Shown here piece by piece: positions 47,390-61,790 of a stretch of DNA of 64,000 bases. Numbering within the stretch: position 1 is the first letter of the stretch; each line of letters opens with the position of its first letter. A program made the position numbers and the translations under genes. The stretch covers positions 66,774,001-66,838,000 of the forward strand of contig NC_043002.1 in assembly GCF_006345805.1 (NCBI RefSeq), given 5' to 3'. Origin of the DNA: Octopus sinensis. Lineage: Eukaryota. The notes beneath the pieces are model-generated. The model saw only the letters and a list, made by a program, of their open reading frames with translations, was not told where the DNA came from and did no database searches.

Positions 47390-47760
47390 TTCTATCTACT
47401 ATGAGAACAAAACCTGAAATTATGGTGGAAAGAGAGCAAGTCGATTGCATTTACCCCTACTGCTCGTCTGGCTTATCGTTACCGATAAGATGAAACGCAA
47501 AGTCAGTCTCAGTGGTTTTTGAACCCAGGACGTAAAGTCGGACGAAATGCCACTAAGCATTTTGTCCGTTGCGCTAACCATTCTGCCAACCCGCTGCCTT
47601 ACTAAATTATGCTTTCTTCTATGGGAACAAGTCCTGAAGTTTTGAGTGAAGGATAAATAATATAGTCGGTTTCAGCGGCATTTGAACTCAGAATGAAAAG
47701 ACGGACTAAATGCCGTTAAGCATTTTGTCCGGTGTGTTAACGATTCTGCCAGCTCGCCGC
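47390..47760 (-). mobile_element. Degraded SINE family A copies
   Basis: Family motifs. Confidence 0.7.
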
Positions 47761-48110
47761 TTTAACTGCCTTACTGAATAATGCCAGTATTTTGTTCGGC
47801 GCTCCTCGACTGATGATGCTAATCACATCACCTCAAACTAATACACGCAAACGCAAAAGCCATCCTTTCAAAGAATGACACTGACCGGATATTCTGAAAG
47901 ATTTTCGTAATAATTCCTTCACATCTACAAGAGACAAGAAAGCTCTTTCCGGCATTTCCATTACTTGCCCTTTTAGACTCAATAGCATCTAAGTACTTAA
48001 TGACATGTCCACCATTTCACATATTTTTCATTACTGCCGACCATGCTTTTAATATATCTATGTTAACATACATGTTTACACAGATTTAGACACGTGTGTG
48101 TATGTTTATG

Positions 48111-48142
<32 letters not shown>

Positions 48143-48237
48143 CATACACGCACATATATACACATATACACACAATTATATACACACACATGTATATTAA
48201 TGCATACATAAACACACACACATACATACACGCACAA

Positions 48238-48270
<33 letters not shown>

Positions 48271-48620
48271 CACACACATATACACGCACACATATATGTA
48301 TATACATGTATACACAAACGCACTCGTATATTGAACATATATATATATACATGTACACACATGCACACATACAGAGAGAGAGAGAGAGAGGAAGAGAAAA
48401 ATGCGTATATAAGTGCAAATATTTTTCGAACATGCATATACATGCATGTATGTAGGCATGCAGACATAATAAGCACATACATAGACACCATTGTATTATG
48501 TTCTTTTGTTAATTGATATTGTATAAACGTTTCAAATGTTCATTTACAAAATTTGTGTGCTTGAACAAATATATAATCAGGTATGCATATGAAGATTATT
48601 TGCGTGTGTGTGTGTGTGTG

Positions 48621-48657
<37 letters not shown>

Positions 48658-49146
48658 CACACACACACACACACACACACACAATGAATTCTCTTTAAAA
48701 GAAAAGTGAAAATATTTCGAATTTAGATAACAGTGTACATGTATACACACATAGATACATGTGCAAATGCATATATATATATGTGCGTGTACACACACAC
48801 ACACGCACATACACTAATACTCACATACGCACACACTGAAATATACAGTGGTCCAATAAGTTTTCAACAGTCAGAAAGAACAGGTACTCGTGTATCAGGT
48901 AATAGAGTAGATATACTATTATTTAAAAAAAATATTATTATAGTCTCCTTGCAGCCAATTATTGTTACGGAACGGTTTCATGTAAATAAGCTTCTAGGGC
49001 AAAATATGGGCTCTTTGCTACTGTAGAGAGCCGAGGCCATACTTTTCCATTCAGCTATGTACGATGAGTTAATTTATTTTTATAGTTTTGGAAAGTTACC
49101 AACATGAAACTATTGGGTGGCAATAATAATAATTATTATAACAATA

Positions 49147-49690
49147 CTTTCTACTATAGGCACAAGGCCTGAAATTGGGGCGGGGAGCTAGTCGATTTCA
49201 TCGACACCAGTGTGTAACTGGTACTTATTTAATCGACCCCGAAAGGATCAAAGGCTAAGCGACCACTGCGGATTTGAACTCAGAACGTAGCGGCAGACGA
49301 AATACTGCTAAGTATTTTGCCCGGCGTGCTAACGATTCTGCCAGCTCGCCGCCTTAATAAAAATAATAATGATAATAATAATAATACTTTCTACTATAGG
49401 CACAAGGCCTGAAATTTGGGGGAGGATGCTAGTCGATTTCATCGACACCAGTGCGTAACTGGTACTTATTTAATCGACTCCGAAAGGATGAAAGGCTAAG
49501 TCGACCACGGCAGAATTTGAACTCAGAACTTTACAACGGACGAAGTACCGCTAAGCATTTCGTCCAATGTGCTAACAACTCTGCCAGCTCGCCCAACTGA
49601 CACTTATTTTATCGACCACGAAAGGGTGAAAAACAAAGTCAACCCTCGGCAGAATTTGAACTCAGAACGTAGTGCAAAAAGACACGCTAT
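49147..49690 (-). mobile_element. Tandem SINE family A copies
   Basis: Two full units plus a partial unit, separated by (TAA)n. Confidence 0.9.
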
Positions 49691-50545
49691 CAAGCACTTT
49701 GTCTGTACACGAGTGCGCGTGTGTATGTATATGAATATCTATCTGTCTGTGTGTCTGTCTGTCCCCACCTGTTTGTCTATCAATCTGTTTATCAGTCTGT
49801 GTTCCTTTTTAATTACTTCAACTTCCATCTCGTTACTCTTTCCCTATCCACCCGTCCACTCTATACAACCATCCATCCATCCACTCATCCATGTATGTAT
49901 GTGTATTTTTTACTTCTTTTTACCATCCTTTTATTTAGCTAGTTAGACAGAGGTGTTAAAATTTGTATCCCTTTTTAATTATCACCTCCGTCCTTCCCCG
50001 TGATCACTCATATATTCTCTTTTGATTTTTCTCCCTCATTTTCTCTTCACCTCTATCTCCACACACACACACACACATACACATATATCTATATATATAT
50101 ATATATACAAACATACATGTGTGCGTTTGTATGCGAGTGAACATGCGTATTTCTATTTCTTTGCTGTCCTTTATCCTTCTCTATTTACCAGTTGGATTAT
50201 TTTATCTCTTGTCTTCCTCATTTGTTTATATAAAAATAATCACCCAGCAATAACTTCCACTTCTTCAATAATTACTTTACTGCCAGCCGCATCATTTCTG
50301 TATACTTATGTTTGATTTCCGTGTCTGGTCATCGTTAAAAGCGACACCTTTCTCTGTCAAACATTAACCTATCACTTGCCGTGTTTTCTCGTATCTGTTT
50401 TATTTAAACATCGTTTTTTTCTGACAGAGATTGACTGTGTTTTTAGACACATTTCACAATTTCCCATTATTACATTACTGCTCAGTTTCAATGTTCTGTG
50501 ACTTTCTTTCACGGACAAATTGACAATTTCTTTGAATCCAGAAAT

Positions 50546-50581
<36 letters not shown>

Positions 50582-51722
50582 AAAGCGGCCAGCTCCTGTG
50601 CTTCGTTTCTTTCTTTCGTATTTTTCTATTTTTCTTTTGTTGAATATTTTCTATTGAAGTCATAGTACACAATAATCACGAAAGTTTATCGATTTTTTTT
50701 TATTGATTCTGACTGTGAAACTATTCATACGACATTTAGTGTCAACTTCAGTGAACGGGGGGAAAAAAAAACATTAAAAATATTACTGTAACATAGATAT
50801 ATAAAACCAGACTATGAAAAGCGATATTTGAAAATGGCGGCAAGAAGGAATAAAAAGAGAAATTATTATTAAGATGTTTGATACTTTTAGTAGCAGTGAA
50901 AAGAGAACAAAAGATATATCGCATCTGCCCTTTCACAGAAGATGGCGAAATCTTATGACAAATATAAGGAAATGAAATCTCAGATAAATATGCAGCTAAA
51001 CAAATGTGATTTATTTAGATAATATCTAATATTGGAAATAAATAATTTAGACCATGTTGGACCTCGAACCTTTCCAGTCTATTGTCTTTATCGTTGCTCT
51101 GGTCTTTGTCTTCCGAGAAGATTTAGTCGCTCTTTGAAGTAATTTGACAGCATTTCACACAATAGAGCATAAATAACCTATTGCAATAAGTCTAAAATAA
51201 CGGGTGCATGTGTACATGGTTAAGAAACTCAGTTCCGAATTATGAGTTACCAGGTTCAAACTCACAGCATGGCATCTTGAACAAGTGTCTTTTTTGGCAA
51301 ACTCAGGTTGTCCCAATCTTTATGAATGAGGCAAAGTTGACGGAAGCTTTATTTATAAAAAAAAAACGCTACGAGGATAAAAACAGTTGGTGAATGCTGT
51401 AATTAAAAGGGACAATTTTGCCAAGCAACATATGAGACTGATTCTGTTTAACAATAACCTTCAGTGATCACGTAACTTTGGAATACTCAGCCGCTTAGAC
51501 TCTAAGTTAATAATTTGAGTAAGTAGTTTAATTGATGGAATAACTAGAATGTTTATTTTTGGGATCCAATAAGGATGCATTTACATTTATTTTAGATCTG
51601 TGGAGACAATGAAAAGTTATCCAAAAATACACCGGCGTAAGGATTCTCCTAGTATACGTGTGCGTGTCTGTCTGTCTGTGCGTATACAGACATATATATG
51701 CATAGATAAATACATCTATCTA

Positions 51723-52392
51723 TCGGGTGCGGCGAACAAACTATCGTCTAACTTACACAGATATATTTACCAAAATTACATAAAAATATCTTGAAAGACT
51801 AAAGAATAAATTTATTCAATAAAATCCCCATTGGCTTCAACCACAGCCTACAGACGACTTCAGAATCTCCTGCAACTCTTGGACGCTCTCCTCGTTTAAG
51901 TTGGTGAATGCTGCCATAATCTTTGTCTTCAGTTCATATTTGATGTCACAAGGAGTTTTGCTGGTCTCTCGCTCAACGCGCCCCACACGTAATAATCAAG
52001 GGAGTTAGATGGCCAGATGTTAGGGGTGATGGGGTCGCAGAAATTGTCTGTGGGAAGATGAATTGAGGCATAACGTCGCCATGGCTAGTGATCACCCCAA
52101 ACACCATGATGCTGACTGGATATTTGATTTTTATCACCCTCGGTACATGTCCTCAGATTGCACTGTCCTCAAATTGAAACCGAATCTCTGAAATATTCGT
52201 ATGCGAATGCCAAGCAGTACAGCATGCCGTTTCCAAATTTCTTGCAGAGTGAATTGGGTCATGGTACTGTCTTTCTCACAGACTGTGCCCAACTAACCTC
52301 ACTATACTGTGAAGCCGCCAAAATCAAAAACAAACAATGAGCATGCGCGAAATTAAAAATATAAAATAGTGACAATTTACCATTACACCCTG
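51723..52392 (-). mobile_element. Tc1/mariner DD37D (maT)-like deletion derivative
   Basis: Minus strand peptides PRVIKIKYPVSIMVFGVITSHGDVMPQFIF and DNFCDPITPNIWP..SLDYYVWGA...RL.AVVEANGDFIE; CAGGGTG-like terminus. Confidence 0.7.
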
Positions 52393-52423
52393 TGTGTGTG
52401 TGTGTTGTGTGTGTGTGTGTGTG

Positions 52424-52473
<50 letters not shown>

Positions 52474-52494
52474 ATATATATATTATATATATAT

Positions 52495-52660
52495 AAAGTT
52501 GGAATTTACAGAAACGCAAAATAAAAGACGAAGACGGGTGTGTAAACAACTAATAGATGTATTAGTTTAACGCTCGGGAAGTGAGAAAGTCTTTTACGTT
52601 TCGAGGCTACTCTCTTCGACAGAAAGGAACACAGAAATAAGCAGAAAGAGAAAATATATA
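52495..52660 (-). mobile_element. Family D PLE-type terminal repeat with HHR-like motif (52591-52626)
   Basis: CUUU-CUGUCGA-A-GAG(AGUAGC)CUC-GAAAC-GUA^AAAG. Confidence 0.8.
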
Positions 52661-52677
52661 CAAGAAGCATATATATA

Positions 52678-52894
52678 CGAGGGTGTACTGAAACGATCCT
52701 GGCTTTGGGTAAAAGAAAATATAGGAGGATCAGTTAATTATGATTTGATTCAACATATTCCCCTCTCAGATTCACACACTTATTACTACGGTCCTTCAGT
52801 TTTTCTAAGCCCTATAAAAGAACTCGGAAGTTTGGGGCTCCAATCAGGCCTTCCGCGATACCCTTAAAGCCAGGAACTTTTCAGCACATCCGGG
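52678..52894. mobile_element. Mariner-type MITE flanked by TA
   Basis: Imperfect TIRs cgagggtgtactgaaacgatcctggcttt / aaagccaggaacttttcagcacatccggg. Confidence 0.75.
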
Positions 52895-53089
52895 TATGTA
52901 TTGTGTATGTGTGAACCAATAGCTGTTCAGTTTCTGCAGTAATAACTGCAACAAAATGAAAGTGACTAACTCTAACATCACCAGATCGTTAGACAGTCCA
53001 ACATATTTTTCGCCGCCATGAATTTACGATACCTTTTATCTGCATTTACTCTAAAACTAAATAGGATGACAAAATTCTTATTCATTTCA

Positions 53090-53400
53090 ATAAACACTGT
53101 TTGTCTGTCTTCCAACATTCAATGATATTTCCTCACTTATCTTAAACAACTGCTGCTCATTTCCCTATTTATATCCTCATCTGTGCGCCTCGGTGCAAGT
53201 ATGTTCGCTGTAAACAACGCCCCGGACACTTTCGTTATCTAAAACGGTTGTCTTTATGACAAGGAGAGAGTTCATGACTGCAGTGAATCAAGTATTAACG
53301 CTTTTATGATGCATAATTTGATCAGATAATTCTTTGCTACTCATATCCTATTTGTATAATTGTCTGTCTTTGTCCCATGTTTCATAAAACCGGAAGTGTC
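53090..53400 (-). mobile_element. Possible very old LINE RT fragment
   Basis: Minus strand ...gtccggggcgttgtttacagcgaacatacttg resembles the LSP.LF..IL RT motif; otherwise degenerate. Confidence 0.25.
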
Positions 53401-54660
53401 TGTAAGATGCTGCACCTCATTCTCTGTAAAATAAAACTATTATTTTATTCAATGACTAGTTTTAGTTTTGAGATTGTGCTCCTCCTGAGACATATTTTTC
53501 AATAGTTTACTTGATCCTGTATCATATATACTTTCACAGAGAGTCGGCAAGCTAGCAGAATCGTTTGCACGCCGGAGAAAACCCTTAGCGGCATTACACC
53601 TGTCATCACGTTCTGAGTTCAAATTCTGCTGAGGTCGGCTTTGCTTTTTATTCTTTCGAAGCCGATGAAATAAATACTAGTTGAGCCCTGAGGTTGACAT
53701 AATTGAGTAACTCCTCGTGTGGGTTTTTGCAGAGGCCTGTCAAAGGTACAATGTCTTACCGACCTTTCTATCGAGAAGGGTGTTTGTTTTACTTATTTAG
53801 GTATTTAAGCTTAACATAGCCAACCAACGAACGCTTGTTGGTGCTACAATGATATGGCTGCTTCTAACTATTTATATACCCTTCTTCCAAATTAAATCTA
53901 GGAGCGTTCGGCACCAAAAAAGTATCGCGTCTTCGTGATGGAAACTGTGCAAAAGTATCAATGGAAGGTCTACTGTAGTCATCATCTTTTTTGTATTCTT
54001 ACGATTACATTATCCAGTGTGTCCTTCCCGTTTTTTTTTGTACGATGAAGGGAGAGCTGAGGAAACTTGGCTGTTAATTCTAGAAGATTAAGTGACCATA
54101 CACAGGCATATTGTTGCAATATCTTGGGTTCCAGTAGTTGCGGTTGCCTAGGTCATGGTTGTAGTATGGTTTACAGTTGTAAAGTCCATAGCTGTTATTT
54201 GAATCGTTGCTGTTAGGTTGTATGGGCTATGGCTATTGTAAGGGCTACAGTTGTGAGGGAGATCATGGTGGTAATAATCATTGTCTAAGCCAGTGGTTCC
54301 CAGCCCGGGTCCATATGCTCTTTGGGGGGGGGGGGACTATATAACCCACGGGGGTCCAGAAGATCCTTGAAGCTCTATATAAGCGATGCTGGACACACAC
54401 ACACACACAAACACACACACATATATATATACGATGGGCTTCCTTCACAAGTAGAAGACATTTTCCCAAGGTGCTACGCGGTGGGACTGAGCCCGGAACC
54501 ATGTGGTTGGTAAGCATGCTACTTACCACACAGCCGTGTAAATCTTATATACATCTATGTATAATTCGATATACATTAATAAAGATACATACACATATAT
54601 ATACATATATATGTATATACACATATATACGTATATGTATATACACATAGTTGTATATAC

Positions 54661-54775
<115 letters not shown>

Positions 54776-56155
54776 CACACACACATATATATATATATAC
54801 ACACACACATATATATATATACATATATATATATACGTATATCTATATACATGTATATACATATTTGTATATATATATATACACATATATATATATACGT
54901 ATATCTATATACATGTATATACATATATGTATATATATTAACATATAACATATAATATACATATACGTATATATACATGTATATATATGTGTGTGTGTAT
55001 ATATATGTGTGTGTGTGTGCGTGTGTGTGTGTGCGTGTGTGTGTGTGCATATGTGTGTGTGTGTGTGCATATGTGTGTGTGTGTGTGCATATGTGTGTGT
55101 GTGTGTGTGTGTGCATATATGTGTGAGTGTGTGTGTGTGTTGTGTGCATATGTGTGTGTGTGTGTGTGTGTGGTGTGTGTGTGCATATATGTGAGCGTGT
55201 TATGTACACGCGCGGCCATGCGTGTGTAGAGTCCGTGGGGGTTTGAGTGTTTTGTGTGTGTGTGTGTGGTACCATCAGAATAATGTCTAAGTCATACAGA
55301 GAAAGAAAAGAGAGAGAGACTTGGAGAACTCAAATTTTCGGGCTTTTTTTTCTTTTTCTCACGCGGCTCCTAATACATGAATCGCTCGAGTTTTCTGAAT
55401 TCATCGCTTATTGTCGGTTACTTCTTACGACTTTTTTTTCTTTCATCCCCATCACCTGCTTCCACCACCCCGAATACCTCCTCTTCCTCCTTCTCCCAGT
55501 TAGTGTCTTTTATTATTAAAAGATTTTTTTTTCCTTCCTTCAAACTTTTTCTCGCACTTCCTGATAGTTACCGCCACAACGAAAGCACCACCTCACTACC
55601 TCTAGTAAGCATCTTCAGGCTAACACAATCATCACCATCAAAATCGTAGTCATCACAACAACAACCACCAATGCCGCAATCACTGGAACCGTCATTACAG
55701 CCACCACATCAACGCATCATCATCATCATCACAATTACTTCATTCATGCCTCGCACACTTTTCTATATTCTCAGAATGGATACGTATGCACATGCATACA
55801 CACACACACATACCTTTCTGTATTCTTGGAATGGATATATATACATATATACATAAACACATACAGACACACATACACAAACATACATACATACATACAC
55901 ACACACACGCACACACACCTTTGTACATTCTCAGAATGTTTACGTATACACACATATACAGACACAAATACACGAACACACGCATACACACTCACACACC
56001 TTTCTGCATTCTCGGAATGGATACATACATACATACATACATACATACATACACACACACATTTACATACATTTAGAGATATTTTGGACAATACGTTGTT
56101 GCTGTTGTTGTTAAGCAACAAGACGGGTGAGGGTGATTAGGTGATGGTCTAGGGC

Positions 56156-56332
56156 TTAGGGGCGGGAGACCCCAGACCTTGGAAAAAAAACAAACTTTGG
56201 TTGTCTTGTAGTCAAGGGCTCTTCGTTGACGCCCGACACCACTGGGAAGTGGCCCTCGAAGTCGCTGGAAATGGAGATCTCCAGGTCCAAATTCTTGAAC
56301 GGCTGGACGATACGTTGTCTAATGCACTTCCC
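56156..56332 (-). CDS. Candidate coding exon or gene fragment of unknown product
   Basis: GKCIRQRIVQPFKNLDLEISISSDFEGHFPVVSGVNEEPLTTRQPK...*. Strong GC3 bias, ctaac branch plus pyrimidine tract and AG acceptor, and an in-frame stop just upstream of the acceptor. Confidence 0.35.
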   Translation of the reverse strand, partial: GKCIRQRIVQPFKNLDLEISISSDFEGHFPVVSGVNEEPLTTRQPKFVFFPRSGVSRP

Positions 56333-56469
56333 CTTTTAGGCGACAAACGAGGAGAGTTAGCGCACGAAACAAATGCCTTATGGTATTCGTTCTGCTGCCC
56401 TGCACTCTGAGTTCAAATTCCGCCGGGGTTAACTCCGCCTTTCTTCTTTTTGTGATCGACAAAATAAAG

Positions 56470-57995
56470 TACTAATTCAGGGCAATATATTGGATGGATT
56501 GTTGCAGCATCAGAAGAGATACCTGACGGAGGAATGTTGCAAATCGCTTCATCCAACATTCCAAAAGTAGCGAATGGTCCCGCCTAAAATCAACACTGAT
56601 GGAAATTGAAAAAAATCCTGCAACAATCCTATGTGAGGGAAAGAGCACACAAGGAAGCCTGGGTTATAAAATACATTATGTCAAACCCAAAGGCCTATTA
56701 TTTTGCGAAAGAAACAGCATCAGTACGCTGCAAGATAGAACCCCTCTTCCAAAAGGATGGCTCCCTCACAGATAGTCCAACTAGGATCAGCGAGGTACTG
56801 AATGACCAGTTCAAACGTGTCTTTACCACTCCGTTGGAACACAGAGAAGTGAACGAACCAGTGGATTTCTTTGCCTCCTCTCCTATAACCAGTGAGGCAG
56901 TTACGATGGAATACATTGACATTAGCGAAGAAGATATACTACAAGTCATAGGTGAGGTGGACGCAAACTCAATTGCTGGTCCTGATGGTTTCCCAGAAAT
57001 CCTCCTCAAATCGTGTGAGCGTGCCCTGGCAAAATTTCTAAAGATTCTCTTCCAGAGCTTTCTCGCAAATGGCAGGCTGCCAAGCAAGCTGGAGGGAATT
57101 ATATGCCAAATCCATAAAGGGGGAAGCAAAGCAGATGCCAAAAACTATAGACCTATGTATCTGACTTCACACATCAGCAAAGTCATGGAACGGATAGTTA
57201 GAGGGAAACTAATCACATTCCTTGAAGAAAATAACTTGCTGAGTGATACCCGGCATGGCTTTCGACGAGCTCTTACAACACTATGACTGGGTGTTGAAGC
57301 AGTTACTCAACAACTCAAATGTGGACGTAATATACCTTGATTTTGCAAAATCATTTGATAAAGTGGATCAAGGTATGATATGCCATAAACTGCGTGATCT
57401 CGGCATAGTTGGAAAACTTGAAGAGTGATTACATGACTTTCTGAAACATAGAATTCAGGGAGTAGTGGCCAATAGAGCCACCTCAATGAAAACACAAATA
57501 GTGAGTAGTGTTCCACAGGACACTGTCTTGGGATCACTGCTTTTCATAGTGGCTCTCTCAGATATGCCCTCAACTACCCGGATAGCCACCCTTACTAGCT
57601 ACGCAGACGATACGAAAGTCTCGCCGAAAATGCAGAACCCCAGCGATGTTGCACACCTGCAGCAGGATTTGGACTCAATTTGCAAATGGACTGAGAATAA
57701 TAATATGCAGTTTAATGCTGAAAAAATCCTACCCCTGCGCTACCAGCGCCCAAAACTGATTATGAAACTTACTGGGTCCACAGGGGATTACAATCCCAGA
57801 GCCTAAGTCAGTGGGGGACCTGGGTATCGACATGAGTGATGATACCTCTTTCCAAGTGCACATTACCGGGATGGCGACAAAGTGCAGACGACTGGTTGGC
57901 TGGATCCTGAGATCTTTCAGAACCAGAGAAAAGGAAACCATTATAGTCCTCTGGAGGACATTCGTCCCCAGCCACCTGGATTACTGCTCCCAGCT
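56470..57995 (+). mobile_element. CR1-group LINE RT fragment (pseudogene)
   Basis: AGPDGFP, IHKGGSK...NYRP.YLTSH.SKVME, HGFR, DVIYLDFAKSFDKVD, VPQ.TVLG.LLF, YADDTK; stops and frameshifts present. Confidence 0.9.
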
Positions 57996-58049
57996 ATGTG
58001 GCGAAAGAGTACAACAGGGATCGCCACCACCCTCTGCCGGAACCTCGTC

Positions 58050-58160
58050 GGGCTTTAGGTGTTTTCGCTCAATAAACACTCACAACGCCCGGTCTGGGAA
58101 TCGAAACCGCGTTCCTACGACCGCGAGTCCGCTGCCCTAACCACTGGGCCATTACGCCTC
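58050..58160 (-). mobile_element. tRNA-derived SINE head (fourth family)
   Basis: gaggcgtaatggcccagtggttagggcagcggactcgc...ggtttcgattcccagacc. Confidence 0.75.
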
Positions 58161-58168
58161 TGTGTGTG

Positions 58169-58205
<37 letters not shown>

Positions 58206-58826
58206 CCACACACACACACATTAAACTTACTAACAGAACAAAGGCGGCTGTATTATATTTGCTTTCTTAGAAAACGTATTTTACTCGAGTGAACAAACTT
58301 CCGGCCAGGAGATGGCAGAGATCTGGATGTGAAGCATCTTTTAATTACGAGGAATTTTTATTTGGTGCTCTCTTTAGTGACTGTCGTTATGTTTGTTACT
58401 TTCGTTGTTATTCTCGTTATTGTTGTTGTTGTTTGTTTAGCTCTAGGTTAGCCTTGTTTGAGCCAATGGCCTTCCAGTGGTGATCATCCGGTTATACACT
58501 CAGTGTTTTCTGGGACTACATTAACTTGTGTTTTAAGACCATTGGGTATAGTTTGAGGGATATTTTTCAGCTACTTCTGGTCGGCCGAACAACCACATAT
58601 AAGCTCCATCATTAGCTTGTGTGATATGAGGGAAATTCGCCTGGCAGATAAACTCTCTTTACTCTCTTACTTGTTTCAGTCACTTGACAGCGGCCATGCT
58701 GGAGCAACGCCTTTAGTCGAGCAAATCAACCCCAGGAGTTATTCTTTGTAAACCTATGTACATATTCTATCGGTGTCTTTTGCCGAACCGCTATATATAT
58801 ATTGTATTTTAAAAATACAATATATA

Positions 58827-58878
<52 letters not shown>

Positions 58879-59335
58879 ATATATATATGTATATATACAT
58901 TGGAGATCAAAAGCTTAACCGAGGCTCGAACGGTTTCATTTCTTTGCATTATTCTGAGAACCAATTTTCGGCGTAGAAAATAATTTTCCTAGTAGTAATT
59001 ATAATAAACAGTCGATACTGATTGTAATTTCGTTAAGAAATAAACAAATAAAAAATACTTGTGAAACATTACATTTTTCCGAGGAGACGAAACTAATAAA
59101 TGTGCCCCAAGCATTCTTCCGTGGACACAAAAACAAAGCGAAACAATGCCGTGTGCAGAAGATACACAATGTAAATATATGAATGCCAAGGTTTGACGCT
59201 GTTCGCTTTTGGTCACCATATTAGTTTACTTGCCGACAGGAATTTATTGTATAACACTTGAAGCGACGAAATGAATAATGGGTAATATTTTATGACTTTT
59301 AATATCCTGTATTGTGTCTTGTATGTTTGTTTTGC

Positions 59336-59366
<31 letters not shown>

Positions 59367-59760
59367 GTGTGTATATATATTTGTACATACGCATACATAC
59401 ATACCTACAAAGATTCACCCCCCCCACACAAAGATTACAGTAAAATGTCTGTGGAGAGTGAAATACATATTGTTTACGCATACATGTATGTATGCATGTC
59501 TGTATGTGAATATATACATGTATATACATACATACATACATAAATATACATACATATGTATACAGACATACATATATATATATATATATTATATATATAA
59601 TATATATATATATATTATATATATTATATATATATATATACATATATATACACATACGTATATATACACATATATAAGCACATACATATGTATGTAATAC
59701 GTATATATCTTTGTATGTGTATATATATGTGTATATATGTATGTATATATGTTTTTATAC

Positions 59761-60107
59761 ATATATGTATATATGTATGAATATATATATATGCTGTTAT
59801 AGATATATGTATATATGTATGAATATATATATATGTTGTTATAGATATATGTATATATGTATGAATATATATATATATGTTGTTATAGATATATGTATAT
59901 ATGTATGAATATATATATATGTTGTTATAGATATATGTATATATGTATGAATATATATATATGTTGTTATAGATATATGTATATATGTATGAATATATAT
60001 ATATATGTTGTTATAGATATATGTATATATGTATGAATATATATATATATGTTGTTATAGATATATGTATATATGTATGAATATATATATGTTGTTATAG
60101 ATATATG

Positions 60108-60119
<12 letters not shown>
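59761..60119. repeat. ~42-bp minisatellite, about 8 copies
   Basis: Unit gttgttatagatatatgtatatatgtatgaatatatatatat. Confidence 0.9.
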
Positions 60120-60142
<23 letters not shown>

Positions 60143-60457
60143 GCGTATATATATGCATGTATGTATATATATGTATGTATATATATGCGTATATATATGC
60201 ATGTATGTATATGCATGTGTGTATATATATGTATATGTGTATATATGTGTATATATATATATATATATATGTATATGTGTATATATGTGTGTGTATATAT
60301 ATGTATATGTGTGTGTGTGTATATATATGTATATGTGTGTGTGTGTATATATATGTATGTGTGTGTGTATATATATATATGTATATGTGTGTGTGTATAT
60401 ATATATGTATATGTGTGTGTATATGTATATATATGTATATGTATATATATGTGTGTA

Positions 60458-60534
<77 letters not shown>

Positions 60535-61348
60535 TCTTCTATACATACATATATGCACGTCTGTTTTTCCTTGTATTGTCCTTTTGAATGTATGTTTATA
60601 CCTGTATATATATATATATATATATATTATTATGTGTGTGTGTGTAAGTTAACATATCTAAATATTTTTCGTCCACATCTCTCCATATTTAATAAACTGC
60701 ACATACTTTCGTTTATTAGACAACACGTTATAGTATTCATTGTATACTAGGTTTCAGTCATATATTATTTCTTTTTATTTCTTTAAGTTCATTGCTATGT
60801 GGTATTCCAAAAATAAAATGAATTTGGGTGGTTCTTGTTTATGAATTTCTTTCACTGAATATATATAGAGAGATGTTTTGTTATAAGTTTACAACGGGCG
60901 AGACATTAGAACCTTGTTTACGCTTGATTGTTATCTGAAGCCAAGTAGGTTATATGGTAACTAAACCTTTTCGCTTTGAAATTCCTCGGGACTATTTGAT
61001 TCATCCCTTTTAAAATTCCAAATATTTCTTTGGTCCAATAGTAGAACGTCTGTCATGCTTACAGTAGATGTGGGTTCGATTCTTACAACCAGTCTTCGAC
61101 TTTTTCTTTTCAAAAGTGTTTTTAACCCAGCATTTTACACTACATGCTATTATTTATATCTTTATCTACTTTGAGTTCTAAGGTTACAAAAAAAAAAAAA
61201 ATGAAAAGAAAAAGCAAAATCCGAACCATTTCACGTTTCTCGAAGTTTCTCAATCCTTATGACGTAACTAAATATTTTAGGTTTTTTCTTTCTTCACTTC
61301 TGTTACTTTGAAAGAGTCAAATATGATATCGTGTTATTGAAGTGATAT

Positions 61349-61580
61349 CTCTTTTACTTGTTTCAGTCATTTGATTGCGGCCATGCTTGAACACCGCCTT
61401 TTGTCGAAGGCAAATCGACCCCTGGACTTATTCTTTGTAAGCCGAGTTCTTATTCTATCGGTCTCTCTTTGCCGAACCGCTAAGTTACGGGGACGTAAAC
61501 ACACCAGCATCGGTTGTCAAGCGATGTTGAGGGGGACAAACAAACAAACACACACACACACACCACACACACACACACAC

Positions 61581-61663
<83 letters not shown>

Positions 61664-61790
61664 CGGACTTCCCTCAGTTTCCGTCTACCAAATCACTCAC
61701 AAGTCTTTGGTCGGCCCGAGGCTATAGTAGAAGACACTTGCCTAAGGTGTCACGCAGTGGGAATGAACCCGGAACCATGTGCTTGGTAGT
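61349..61790 (-). mobile_element. SINE family B
   Basis: Reverse complement of the full consensus, with an internal (TA)n(CA)n array. Confidence 0.9.

Noticed and set aside
61030-61092. tRNA-like remnant with ggttcgattc
   Set aside because: Too degenerate to fold; at most an old SINE head.
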